Origin: Spirochaetota bacterium
Lineage (GTDB): Bacteria > Spirochaetota > UBA4802 > UB4802
Assembly (NCBI GenBank): GCA_026414805.1
Contig: JAOAIH010000003.1
Coordinates: 26,314-90,313 of the forward strand
Direction of reading: 5' to 3'
Length of the DNA stretch: 64,000 nt
Position numbers and translations under genes: made by a program
Part shown: positions 18,872 to 28,803 of the stretch, in pieces
Numbering within the stretch: position 1 is the stretch's first letter
Layout: every line of letters starts with the position of its first letter
The notes under the pieces: generated by a model
Seen by the model: the letters and a program-made list of their open reading frames with translations, nothing else
Told to the model about the DNA's origin: nothing
Database searches by the model: none

Positions 18872-21301
18872 ATGGAAAATAATGGCACTGAGAAGATCAG
18901 GAAGGGCGAGATTTTAATCTTACAGGGAGAAGAACCTCGATTTATATATTATTTGCAAAGTGGTACAGTTGAAATTTTATCTGCACCTGCCGAATATGAG
19001 GGACTTGACAGTAAGATTGTTGTTGATAAAAGTAAGCGTGTTGGAATAATAAATGAAAAAAATGTTATTGCTGGATTAAGCCTTTTATTTACAGAACCAT
19101 ATAAAAAGACAATACGGGCTATAGAAGACTGTGTGGTAAAAAAGTATCCTTTGCGTGAAGGTGGTTTTAGGCAGATAGTTATTGATGATCCATCATTTGC
19201 TGCGTTGTTACTCACTCATGTATTAAAAAGACTGGAATTGTCATTAAATGATGTAAAGAAATATACATTGTTGTATCAAAATCTGTGCAGGGTGAATGAT
19301 AACTTTTCCCTTGTTGCAGGCGAAGTTTCAGATAATTTGCCTGACAATTTGTCGCAAAGGGCAGGTGATTTGTACAGAATTTACACGCAAAATGGCGGTG
19401 ATTTCCCATCACGAATAGATGCAAAGTTTATTGTCCAGGATAACTCCAATCTGCTTAAAAAAAAATATATGTTTCCCGGATTGCCAGTTGAAAGCCTTAT
19501 TGATATTAAGCAATGTAATTTTTTAAAGAAAATAGTTGGGTTGGATAATCAATTGCTTATACCCATATTCAAAAGTGATCCCAATATACCAATTTACATA
19601 TTCAATTGTGCCTCAGAGAATCTTGTAAAACTTTTAGACAGGATTGAGTCCGTTCACACAGAAATTGATGCTGAGCTAGAATACCTTTTTGGAGATAATG
19701 GTTTTATTGCATATTTAATTGATAAACAAACCATAAAAACATGGGTAGCTTCGGGCAGGGTAAGTGATGATTTTCTCAAAGGGTTTGTATCAATTGCCAA
19801 TAAAATACATGAATACTACAGAGAGCTATCTGGTGAGTTGCTATCTGAAAAATACAGCAGCTTCAAAAAGCTGAGTAATTTTATACAGACAATCAAAGAA
19901 CAGCCAAAAGTTGCTGAAGAGATACAAAGACCATCTCGAATCCCTCAGAATCTAAGTCAGATGTATAAGAATTCTATTTATCAGATATTTGAATTTGGAT
20001 TAATAGAAAAAGAAAATCAGAAAAACCTGTTGAAATTATTATCAGATTTTAAAAAGATGAAAGACCCTCTTTCGTCAGAGCCTGATGCGCGCAAACTCAG
20101 AAGGCAAATCGCACGGTTTTATTATGACATATATGCTAAGGTTTTTGTCCGCAGCCAATCAGAGAAAGTTGTCCCGCAACCAGTTAAGCTCATGCTGCGG
20201 TTTGGTTTTTTAGATGAAACCATGATTGAGCAGGAACAATTGGCTGAATTACACGAAATCTCTATGCGCAGGATTGAGCAAACTGATATACCAATATTAT
20301 ATGAAGAGGAATTTTTAACTAAAATTTTTAATGGAGAAGAAAATCCAAGTATTAATGAAATGGGATTATCATACGAAGCTTATCTGCGTGAAGAGCAAAA
20401 GCATATTAAAGGCAGCAATGCAAAGGATGAAGGAGATAATGTACAAAAAGTAATTTATGAAATAAACCACAGAATAGCTACTGCTTCTTCAGTATGTTCG
20501 GGTTCAACAGCCACATCATTTCCAATTCTTACATCCATGAATATGCGTGGTAGCATATCACATTACTATATATCCAAAAAGAAATTGGAATCAATTGTTA
20601 ATACATTACGGGATATTGATTATTCGGTTTTCTATCGTGAAACAGCAGTAATGATAGGTAACACCAAAGAACTTATTAAGGAAGAAGTGGTGCCGTATTT
20701 CATTCTGTTGCCAACGTTTGGTACAAAAACTATGCTATGGCAGGAACTTGATGGAACTAACCGCAGAACAAGAGGCAGAATTGTTGTTCCAATATTATTC
20801 ATGGGTGATATGATGCCTACCATGGCTCATACTTTTGCCACATTTAGATGGGAGCTTAATCGTACTATTATGGGAGGAATGTGGGCTGACCCAATAGAGG
20901 GAGGATTAACGGGAGCATATTTTGATTATATTAATACCTTTAAAAAGAATCCAAAACTTTCGCTAGAAGCAAAACAGAAAGTAATAGAGCGTTTCAAAAG
21001 CATCCGAAATAACCGTGATAGATTTGCCGATGATTACATACAGTGGGTTCTTTATGAAAAAGATGGCATTATGAAATTAAATAATGTTGTCCGTGATATG
21101 TTCTATAGGCATATCCCATTTAAAAAAGAGCTTCGTGACAGGCTAGAGAATATGCCTGCCTATACAGAAATAGCCAACAGGTTTAGAAATGTATTTACTC
21201 GCGAAGTTGGCAATTACGAAAGAAAATTTAAAAAGTACCAGCGTGAAGATGGCACGTTACCTGAGGCTTTGCAGAAGTTTATGGAGTTTTTGTATAAGTA
21301 A
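18872..21301 (+). CDS. Large cyclic-nucleotide-binding-domain protein with an uncharacterised C-terminal region
   Basis: N-terminal cNMP-like fold (KGEILILQGEEPRFIYYLQSGTVEI...TIRAIEDC); 809 aa. Confidence 0.7.
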   Translation: MENNGTEKIRKGEILILQGEEPRFIYYLQSGTVEILSAPAEYEGLDSKIVVDKSKRVGIINEKNVIAGLSLLFTEPYKKTIRAIEDCVVKKYPLREGGFRQIVIDDPSFAALLLTHVLKRLELSLNDVKKYTLLYQNLCRVNDNFSLVAGEVSDNLPDNLSQRAGDLYRIYTQNGGDFPSRIDAKFIVQDNSNLLKKKYMFPGLPVESLIDIKQCNFLKKIVGLDNQLLIPIFKSDPNIPIYIFNCASENLVKLLDRIESVHTEIDAELEYLFGDNGFIAYLIDKQTIKTWVASGRVSDDFLKGFVSIANKIHEYYRELSGELLSEKYSSFKKLSNFIQTIKEQPKVAEEIQRPSRIPQNLSQMYKNSIYQIFEFGLIEKENQKNLLKLLSDFKKMKDPLSSEPDARKLRRQIARFYYDIYAKVFVRSQSEKVVPQPVKLMLRFGFLDETMIEQEQLAELHEISMRRIEQTDIPILYEEEFLTKIFNGEENPSINEMGLSYEAYLREEQKHIKGSNAKDEGDNVQKVIYEINHRIATASSVCSGSTATSFPILTSMNMRGSISHYYISKKKLESIVNTLRDIDYSVFYRETAVMIGNTKELIKEEVVPYFILLPTFGTKTMLWQELDGTNRRTRGRIVVPILFMGDMMPTMAHTFATFRWELNRTIMGGMWADPIEGGLTGAYFDYINTFKKNPKLSLEAKQKVIERFKSIRNNRDRFADDYIQWVLYEKDGIMKLNNVVRDMFYRHIPFKKELRDRLENMPAYTEIANRFRNVFTREVGNYERKFKKYQREDGTLPEALQKFMEFLYK

Positions 21302-21306
21302 CAGTT

Positions 21307-22122
21307 ATGAACTCTCACCGAATAACAGGAATAATCAGGCATTATACACGTAAAGCACGTGACCAGATTTACAATGCTGGGCTTGCAATATTTAAGGCAG
21401 CAGGCATTGAGCAATATCTAGATGATATTGGTGCATGTGTTGATGAGTTGATTAAAAATGCTGTCAAAGCAAATTATAAACACCTTTTAATTGTTGAAGC
21501 TCTCCAACGGCAGTTCCAATTGCAATATAAGGATAAAACTCAAACTCAGGTGCAGGAATATATAAAAGATATTCTCAAGGACAAAATACAGTTTGACACT
21601 TTGGCATCAATTGTTTTGAAAAAACAAAACATTGCTCAAAAGGTTCGAGAAGCATTAAATCAGGAAGGAGCTTTCCTAATAATTAAAAATAAAGCCTACA
21701 GTGAAAATAGACAACTTAACAAAGAGGAATTAGAAACAATAAATAAACTAAAACTTTTTGTAACTTTGCAACAGCAATTAAAGCAGTACAATATCCGTAT
21801 AATATTGAAGATTGAATTGCGTGATAATTATATTTATATTGAAATAACCAATACTGCTCCAATTCTTTCACATGATTTACAGAGGATTTATACAAAACGT
21901 GAAGAATACCGTAAGTACAGGGAAGAAGGAAGAGAATATGAATTTTTTATTAATAATATTGATACAAGCGATTCTGGATTTGGGTTAGGGTATGCAAAGA
22001 TTGACAGCTATTTATATAATCTTGGCATTGACCCGGATAAAGCTGTTACTGTCATTTCTATCAATAATACAACAGCTATGCTTGCAATTCCTGTTGAAGT
22101 TTTAAGAAATAAGCAACATTAA
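21307..22122 (+). CDS. GHKL/HATPase-like protein (RsbW-like kinase with insertion)
   Basis: N-box-like DELIKNAVKAN and G-box-like SGFGLG, separated by a long helical insert. Confidence 0.55.
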   Translation: MNSHRITGIIRHYTRKARDQIYNAGLAIFKAAGIEQYLDDIGACVDELIKNAVKANYKHLLIVEALQRQFQLQYKDKTQTQVQEYIKDILKDKIQFDTLASIVLKKQNIAQKVREALNQEGAFLIIKNKAYSENRQLNKEELETINKLKLFVTLQQQLKQYNIRIILKIELRDNYIYIEITNTAPILSHDLQRIYTKREEYRKYREEGREYEFFINNIDTSDSGFGLGYAKIDSYLYNLGIDPDKAVTVISINNTTAMLAIPVEVLRNKQH

Positions 22123-22256
22123 AGTATATAATAAATATAGTTGTTTGTGGCAGTGATTTAGAGCTGTATGAACGTGTTGCAAATTATGTTTAATATTATA
22201 TTAACGTTTTGGTATACTTAAAGCAAGTTTTGCATAATAATATCTATGTTTAGAGG

Positions 22257-22907
22257 ATGAACATGCAACAATTTACAGGTATTATATTATTTTTATGCAT
22301 GATAACTGCGTGTGCATCAGCTGATGAAAGGATATCAAATAATAATAAAAATATAAGTGGGGATAGCTCTATAAAACAGCAAACAGTTAATAGTGATTAC
22401 GCTGTACCCGAATATCAGTACACAACGCAGGAAGGCATTAAACTCAATGCAACATATAACACAAAACTCAATGACTTGGGTGCAGAGATAAAAAAAATTG
22501 AACCATTGATGCCAAGGAATAGAACATTTGGCTTTTACTATGATAATAAAACAAAAGAAAAAAATAAATTGTATTTAGGATTTGACTGTGATGTGCAGGG
22601 CGCTATTACTGGTGCTGATTCATACCCTATGCGTGCATGGAATATAATTTTTAAAAACTTAAATCCTGTTTTAACAAAGTCTCGCATACTTCATCAGATA
22701 TTACAGGACCAGGATGTTAAAGGCCTTGTTATAAGTTTTTACTGGTTATACGAAGGATCTGAAGGAATTATTATCTGGTTGGAAAAAAAAGATATTGAGC
22801 AATATATGCAGAACAAAATAATTTACCCTGAACTTATTGCACGAAGCACTACCACAAGGCCTGATGGTAAAATAATCAATTTGGTATTATTTCAGAAAGC
22901 ACCTTGA
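22257..22907 (+). CDS. Putative lipoprotein, unknown function
   Basis: Hydrophobic signal ending ITA-C; 3' end overlaps convergent hisC by 32 bp. Confidence 0.65.
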   Translation: MNMQQFTGIILFLCMITACASADERISNNNKNISGDSSIKQQTVNSDYAVPEYQYTTQEGIKLNATYNTKLNDLGAEIKKIEPLMPRNRTFGFYYDNKTKEKNKLYLGFDCDVQGAITGADSYPMRAWNIIFKNLNPVLTKSRILHQILQDQDVKGLVISFYWLYEGSEGIIIWLEKKDIEQYMQNKIIYPELIARSTTTRPDGKIINLVLFQKAP

Positions 22908-23928
22908 TAAGTTTTTTAATTTCCATCATAGTCCCAACAGTAATGCGGATATATTCCGACTGAATAGGACCTGGGAAATAGCGTACCAATATCTTTTTTT
23001 CCTTAAGCTTTTCATACAGAGTGCTGGCATCGATGTTAGGATGCCGTGTGAACACAAAGTTGGCTTTTGAAGGAACATTTACAAAACCTAATGATTCTAA
23101 TGATTCTTCTAAATATTCCTTATTATTGCGTACCATAGATATATTATATTTAAATCCCTTGTCATCAAGTAATGCTGCATATGCACCCGCCTGCGCAATC
23201 CTATCAACATTGTATGAATCTTTAAGCTTTATTAAACCGTGGATGATATCTTTATGAGCTATCGCCAACCCTACCCGTAAACCTGCAAGGGAATATGATT
23301 TTGAAAATGAGCGGGTTATTATTATGTTATCGTATTCTTTGATAAGTGGCAGAGCAGTTTCATTATAAAAGTCAACATATGCTTCGTCAACAACCAGCAA
23401 ACCTTTGAATTTGCTGCAAAACTTTTTAATCTGGTCAATGGGAACACCTTTGCCTGTAGGATTGTTGGGGTTGGCTATAATAACCAGATTGTATTTCTTT
23501 TTTAAGAATTCATCAAAAGGAATATCAAAATTTGTATCTAGAGTAATTTTATCGTATGCAATTCCATTTGCTTCGGCCATTGTGTAATAAAGCGCATACG
23601 AAGGGTAGGGGAATGCTGCAAGGCCATCAGGTTCAATGAATCCTCTGAAAAGAAGAGTAAATATTTCATCAGAGCCATTAGCAACAAATACATTATCGGC
23701 TGCTATTGCATTTTTTTTTGCAAACAGCTCACGTACCATCTGAGCATTTGGATTTGGGTAACGCCTGAGATCACCGTTACATGCTTTCTGCAAAGCATCA
23801 AGCACAGCTTGTGATGGAGGGAACGGATTTTCATTAGTATTGAGTTTAATATATTCATTCAGATTATCAGGCTGCTCGCCAGGTATATATTCGGTCATTG
23901 TCTGCAAGCGTTTATTCCAGTATTTCAT
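22876..23928 (-). CDS. hisC: Histidinol-phosphate aminotransferase
   Basis: KLNTNENP, NGSDE, NPNNPTG, DEAY, RSFSKSYSLAGLRVG. Confidence 0.95.
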   Translation of the reverse strand: MKYWNKRLQTMTEYIPGEQPDNLNEYIKLNTNENPFPPSQAVLDALQKACNGDLRRYPNPNAQMVRELFAKKNAIAADNVFVANGSDEIFTLLFRGFIEPDGLAAFPYPSYALYYTMAEANGIAYDKITLDTNFDIPFDEFLKKKYNLVIIANPNNPTGKGVPIDQIKKFCSKFKGLLVVDEAYVDFYNETALPLIKEYDNIIITRSFSKSYSLAGLRVGLAIAHKDIIHGLIKLKDSYNVDRIAQAGAYAALLDDKGFKYNISMVRNNKEYLEESLESLGFVNVPSKANFVFTRHPNIDASTLYEKLKEKKILVRYFPGPIQSEYIRITVGTMMEIKKLIKVLSEIIPN

Positions 23929-23931
23929 CGG

Positions 23932-24846
23932 TTACTCCTTTCTGTGTGCAATGCCAATCAGATTGTTTATGTCACTGATAGAATGCTGTTGTAAATATTC
24001 TTTAAGCTTTTTTAAAATAATTGCTGATGTGTCAGGATTAACCAAGTTTGCGGTGCCTATCTGTATAGCTTTTGCTCCGGCCATTAAAAATTCTAATGCA
24101 TCCTCCAAAGTAAATATACCACCAATGCCAATGACTGGTATATCAACACGTTGAACAATCTGATATACCATTCTAAGAGCAATAGGTTTAATAGCGGGAC
24201 CACTTAATCCAGCAAATGTATTTGCAAAATATGGCTTGCCTGTTGTAGTATCTATCTTCATCCCCACAAAGGTATTAACTGCTGAAACAGCATCTGCACC
24301 AATATCTTTTGCTGCTTTGGCAAATTGTGTAATGTCAGTAACATTAGGGGATAGTTTTACAATTAATATTCCGCGTGTTACTGTGCGTACTTTTTCAAGC
24401 AAATGCGAGAATATCGATATATCCTGACCAAATGCAATACCACCTTCTTTGACATTGGGGCAGGATACATTTAGCTCTATTGCAGCAATGCCATCTGTAT
24501 GTGATAGTATTTTTGCAAGTTCTACATTTTCATCAATTGAATGACCGGCAATATTAGGAATAACAGTTGCATTGGCTTTGAGTAAATATGGTAGTTTGTG
24601 CGATAGGAATGCTTCTATTCCAACATTTTCTAATCCAATGGAGTTAAGCATTCCAGATGGTGTTTCTGCAATACGTGGCCCGGGATTACCAGCACGTGGT
24701 TTCAGTGATAACCCTTTTGTGAAAATTGCACCTAATGCTCCGATATCAACAAATTGTGAAAGCTCCTGGCCATAGCCAGCGGTACCGGATGCAACAGTGA
24801 TGGGATTTTTTAAATGTAATGTGCCAATTGATACAGAAAGATTCAC
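23932..24846 (-). CDS. pyrD: Dihydroorotate dehydrogenase, family 1B catalytic subunit
   Basis: ASGTAG, NSIGLEN, ELNVSCPNV, KLSPN, GLSGPAIKP. Confidence 0.95.
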   Translation of the reverse strand: MNLSVSIGTLHLKNPITVASGTAGYGQELSQFVDIGALGAIFTKGLSLKPRAGNPGPRIAETPSGMLNSIGLENVGIEAFLSHKLPYLLKANATVIPNIAGHSIDENVELAKILSHTDGIAAIELNVSCPNVKEGGIAFGQDISIFSHLLEKVRTVTRGILIVKLSPNVTDITQFAKAAKDIGADAVSAVNTFVGMKIDTTTGKPYFANTFAGLSGPAIKPIALRMVYQIVQRVDIPVIGIGGIFTLEDALEFLMAGAKAIQIGTANLVNPDTSAIILKKLKEYLQQHSISDINNLIGIAHRKE

Positions 24847-24974
24847 GGTTGTTCCCGCTTAATATTTATAAAATGCAATTGTGAAGTATAATTTTAGCTC
24901 AAATGAGTCAAGAAAATAAAATTTTGATAGAAAATTTTATTGAAAAAGGTATCTGTTAAAAAATAGTTGCAACT

Positions 24975-25655
24975 ATGATATACATTGCATTTGACATTGA
25001 TGGGACTTTGTATGATTGTTCTCCTGTTGTTGGAAAGGCGTTTGAGCAGGGCATAGATGAATTTTTACTGCAATATCCTCAGTGTAACCTTCACAAACCA
25101 ACAACTGATGCCATAATGAAGCTTGTTGGTATTCCAGTTGATGAAATTTTTGCTACACTCTTTCCAACCCTTTCACAAGAGCTATCGCAAAAACTTAATG
25201 ATTATTGTACTGCTAAACTTTCAAATCTTGTTTTGGAAAAGAAAGGAACCATTTTGCCTGGAGTTGTTGAAACAATACCGGTTTTGTACAGTAAGGGATA
25301 TGGCCTTTTAACAGCATCAAATGGCAGAAAAGAATATGTTGAGGCTGTGCTTAAAGCCTATGGATTATCGCATTACTTTACAACTATTATGGCACTTGAG
25401 GATAACAATCTGATTGACAAAACACAATTATTAGGATATTACAAAAAAACATTACCACACTACAAAATGTTGATCATGGTTGGCGACAGAGCAAATGATA
25501 TGCTGGCAGCAGCGAACAACAATATTCCATTTATTGCCTGTGCCTTTGGTCACAATGATAAAGAAATTTCTCATTGTAGGTGGATTGCATACACCTTTTA
25601 TGAAATCCCAGGTATTGTCGATACTATAGTAAAAGAAGTATTAAAAAAGAAGTAG
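24975..25655 (+). CDS. HAD-superfamily hydrolase
   Basis: FDIDGTL, ASNG, MVGDRAND. Confidence 0.9.
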   Translation: MIYIAFDIDGTLYDCSPVVGKAFEQGIDEFLLQYPQCNLHKPTTDAIMKLVGIPVDEIFATLFPTLSQELSQKLNDYCTAKLSNLVLEKKGTILPGVVETIPVLYSKGYGLLTASNGRKEYVEAVLKAYGLSHYFTTIMALEDNNLIDKTQLLGYYKKTLPHYKMLIMVGDRANDMLAAANNNIPFIACAFGHNDKEISHCRWIAYTFYEIPGIVDTIVKEVLKKK

Positions 25656-25696
25656 TAATAGTAAAATAGAAACAATTGAATACTTTGGAGGATACG

Positions 25697-26149
25697 ATGT
25701 ATTTAGAAACTACCACCTGTATTTCTTTACAACATCTTGAGTTGTTGCAATTCTATTCTCAAAAATGCAATATACCTATTAGGACATTAATATCGTCGCT
25801 TATTAATTATGCTGTGAATTCTGAAAAATGTCAGATCCAGAGATTTAAAAGGCTGTCTTACAGAAAGAGGAATAATGAATGGGTGAGGTTTCATCTATAT
25901 TTATTTGAAGATGAGTATGAGTTTTTTATGGATGTTAAGAAGATCTGGAAGATGTCTTTGGCAAAAATTATAGAATATTGTATTGATAACGTTTTTTTTG
26001 ATGTGATAGCTTTGCTTTTGAAAGAAGATGATACCGATAACTATCGATATAGAAATTATACTTTTGGATTTTTTAAAGAAGAAGGAGTATTTTGTTGCCA
26101 TTTTTATTGGGGATTACACCCGGATTTAATACGAAAAGCCCTCACCTGA
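25697..26149 (+). CDS. Hypothetical protein, paralog of 53755..54246
   Basis: GGAGG RBS before the ATG at 25697; shared blocks ETTTCxSL, SYRKRN, DVKKxWKMSLA, DTDNY, CCxFYWG. Confidence 0.75.
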   Translation: MYLETTTCISLQHLELLQFYSQKCNIPIRTLISSLINYAVNSEKCQIQRFKRLSYRKRNNEWVRFHLYLFEDEYEFFMDVKKIWKMSLAKIIEYCIDNVFFDVIALLLKEDDTDNYRYRNYTFGFFKEEGVFCCHFYWGLHPDLIRKALT

Positions 26150-26220
26150 TAAAAATACAATTGACTATATTGGTATTCGGAACATAAACTGTCTTTACTA
26201 TACATTGCGATTGCTGAGGT

Positions 26221-28752
26221 TTGTATATGCATGATATTATATTTGCTCTCAACATATTTATGCTTCCTCCGTTAATTACTCTGATTACTAGCGTGATAGT
26301 TGCAAGCATAGCAGTATTTAAGGGTAAGCGTAAAAAAGAGAATATACTATTTGCATTATTTTGTTTATGGTATGCACTACTCACACCAAATTTTTTGGGT
26401 CATTTTGTTATTAAAGATGTCAATTTTATTTTAAAAATGGAACGGACTATCCATACATTGTACGTTTTTATCCCTTTTATTGGGGTATTATTTTATCATA
26501 CTTCCTTAAATATTAAACGACCGTATCTTGAAATTATAACGTTTGCAATAAGTACTGTATTTGCATTTTTAGTTCATACTCCTTATTATATTACTGATCT
26601 TTTAACCTACCCATGGGGGCATATTGCAAAAGGAGGTATCGTTTTTCAGATCTTTGGGGTATATGCATTTTCAGTACTTATATACGGTATAGTTATAAGC
26701 GTTATTAAATTACGGCAGGAAAGAAATGAGTTAGTTCGTTTAAAGATTAAATATATTATTTTAGCATTAAATTTAATAGGCATTTTTACTGTTTTCAATG
26801 TACCAGCCATGCTTGGGTATAATTTTTATCCACTTAGCAATTTGATGTTTATTCCTCTTATATTTTTAGGATATGGTGTCCTCAGATATAGATTGATGGA
26901 TATTCGGAGTGTATTACATATTACTTTTATTTGGTTTTGTATTTCATCTGTTATTCTTATACCAAATATAATAATTTATAATATAATATACCCTTTCTTC
27001 AAAACATTTGATAAATCGGTGCTGTTTTTTTTATTAATAATATGGTTTGCAGTTAACTATTTTTATTTTATTAAAGTTCAACCCCTTATAGACCAGATTT
27101 TTAATCGAAGAAAATATAATCTAAAAAAGGTTGAGTCGCAATTTATTAACGATATTGCATTATTAAAAGATCTGCATCTTTTATTGAATGAACTATCGTA
27201 TATATTAAAACGTACATTGCTAATTAGAAACGTTGAAATTTTTATTAAAGCTGAAGATAAGGAAAATGAATTGTACAACCTCAATGGCGATACCATTATA
27301 CTGGATAAACAAATCCAGGATTATTTTACTAAAAATCCTGGTGTGATTGAAAAAAAATTAATTGAGAATAAACAACAACATGAACAAGTTGCAAAAATGT
27401 TGTTGCCGCTTTTTGAACAATTATCTGCAGAATATATTATACCACTGGAACATAATGAATTTATAGGTATTATTGCTTTGTCTGAACGCTCAAATTTAAA
27501 GGCATTATCCAATAATGAAATTGAATTTTTACAAAATATTAAATCAGCTTCTTCCATAGCAATTGCTAACTCTCTTATGTATCATAGCTTGAACAACTTA
27601 AAAAATAACTTAGAAGCATTGGTAATGCAAAGAACCGAGCAACTCCAGAAAAAAAATGAGCAGATGGAATTTGAACTAAAATTGGCAAAGACAGTGCAAA
27701 AAACACTTTTGCCATCTGTACTTCCTGCTAATAATCAATTATATGCAGCGGTATATTTCAGGCCATATATGGAAGTAAGTGGTGATTTTTTCTTGCTGGA
27801 ACAAATAGATGAATCTCATTACATGATTGGAGTTGTTGATGTTTCTGGTCATGGAATTCCATCTGCACTACTTACTTCAATGATTAAAACTGAGATTGAA
27901 AATCTTTCAAGATTATACAGATCAACTTCTGTTATTTGCTCACAATTGAATAAAAAGCTCACCCCAATATTGCAGGAAAGTGGATTTTATTTTACACTTT
28001 TTCTGGGTATCATTGATTTTGTCAATATGGAGTTATTGTATACCAATTGTGGCCATACTGATATTTATGTAATAACTTCAAATGACACAGTATATCCTTT
28101 ATCAACTGATTCCGTGTTTATTGGGGCTGATGAGCATATTCATTATCCAGAATGCTTATTTGAACTTAATACTAAAGACCGCATTGTTCTGTATACTGAC
28201 GGGATTACGGAGGCAAAAGCTAAAAGTGGCCACCTGTATGGAAATGAGCGTTTTACAAACATTCTTGTCGCATCGCATGATTTTGCACCTCAGGATCAAA
28301 TTGATATAGTTATTAAAGATCTTGAAAATTTCATTCAATCCGAGGAAGGTACAATTCGCGATGATGTAACGTTTTGTATTATTGAAATAGGTGAACCGAT
28401 TACTGTTGAAAAATATCTTAAAAAGGCTATAACACTGTATAAAAAGAAAAATTATAATGAAGCCCTGTCCATTTTGAATTCAATAACAACAGTACCGCTA
28501 TCTGCTTCCTATAATTATTTGAAAGCAAAACTGTTAATGAAAAATAAGCATTATGAGGAAGCAAAAAAGGCAATACTTTTGGCTCTGAAAGATAAACCCG
28601 ATCATAAAGAATTTAATTATCTTTATGGACAGATATGCTTTGCATTGAAAGATTATCAGGCTGCACTGGATACCTTTGCTGATTTATCAATGATGCAGCC
28701 CTATAAGAAGAGCAAAGAGTTTATAGAAATAATTCAAAAGAAAGGACAATAA
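26221..28752 (+). CDS. Membrane sensor with 7TM, GAF-like, SpoIIE/PP2C phosphatase and TPR domains
   Basis: Hydrophobic N-terminal third; VSGDFF, DVSGHG, LYTDGITEA, DDVT; C-terminal TPR-like helices. Confidence 0.85.
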   Translation: MYMHDIIFALNIFMLPPLITLITSVIVASIAVFKGKRKKENILFALFCLWYALLTPNFLGHFVIKDVNFILKMERTIHTLYVFIPFIGVLFYHTSLNIKRPYLEIITFAISTVFAFLVHTPYYITDLLTYPWGHIAKGGIVFQIFGVYAFSVLIYGIVISVIKLRQERNELVRLKIKYIILALNLIGIFTVFNVPAMLGYNFYPLSNLMFIPLIFLGYGVLRYRLMDIRSVLHITFIWFCISSVILIPNIIIYNIIYPFFKTFDKSVLFFLLIIWFAVNYFYFIKVQPLIDQIFNRRKYNLKKVESQFINDIALLKDLHLLLNELSYILKRTLLIRNVEIFIKAEDKENELYNLNGDTIILDKQIQDYFTKNPGVIEKKLIENKQQHEQVAKMLLPLFEQLSAEYIIPLEHNEFIGIIALSERSNLKALSNNEIEFLQNIKSASSIAIANSLMYHSLNNLKNNLEALVMQRTEQLQKKNEQMEFELKLAKTVQKTLLPSVLPANNQLYAAVYFRPYMEVSGDFFLLEQIDESHYMIGVVDVSGHGIPSALLTSMIKTEIENLSRLYRSTSVICSQLNKKLTPILQESGFYFTLFLGIIDFVNMELLYTNCGHTDIYVITSNDTVYPLSTDSVFIGADEHIHYPECLFELNTKDRIVLYTDGITEAKAKSGHLYGNERFTNILVASHDFAPQDQIDIVIKDLENFIQSEEGTIRDDVTFCIIEIGEPITVEKYLKKAITLYKKKNYNEALSILNSITTVPLSASYNYLKAKLLMKNKHYEEAKKAILLALKDKPDHKEFNYLYGQICFALKDYQAALDTFADLSMMQPYKKSKEFIEIIQKKGQ

Positions 28753-28803
28753 CTCAATATTACTACAGTAGGGGGGAAAATACTTTTCACTGATGTATAA
28801 CCA

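Noticed and set aside
22876-22907. Convergent 3' overlaps (32 bp here, 33 bp at 59948-59980)
   Set aside because: Common in compact genomes, with no sign of special function.
23932-24846. pyrD (1B) without an adjacent pyrK
   Set aside because: pyrK is often encoded elsewhere; absence from one window is uninformative.
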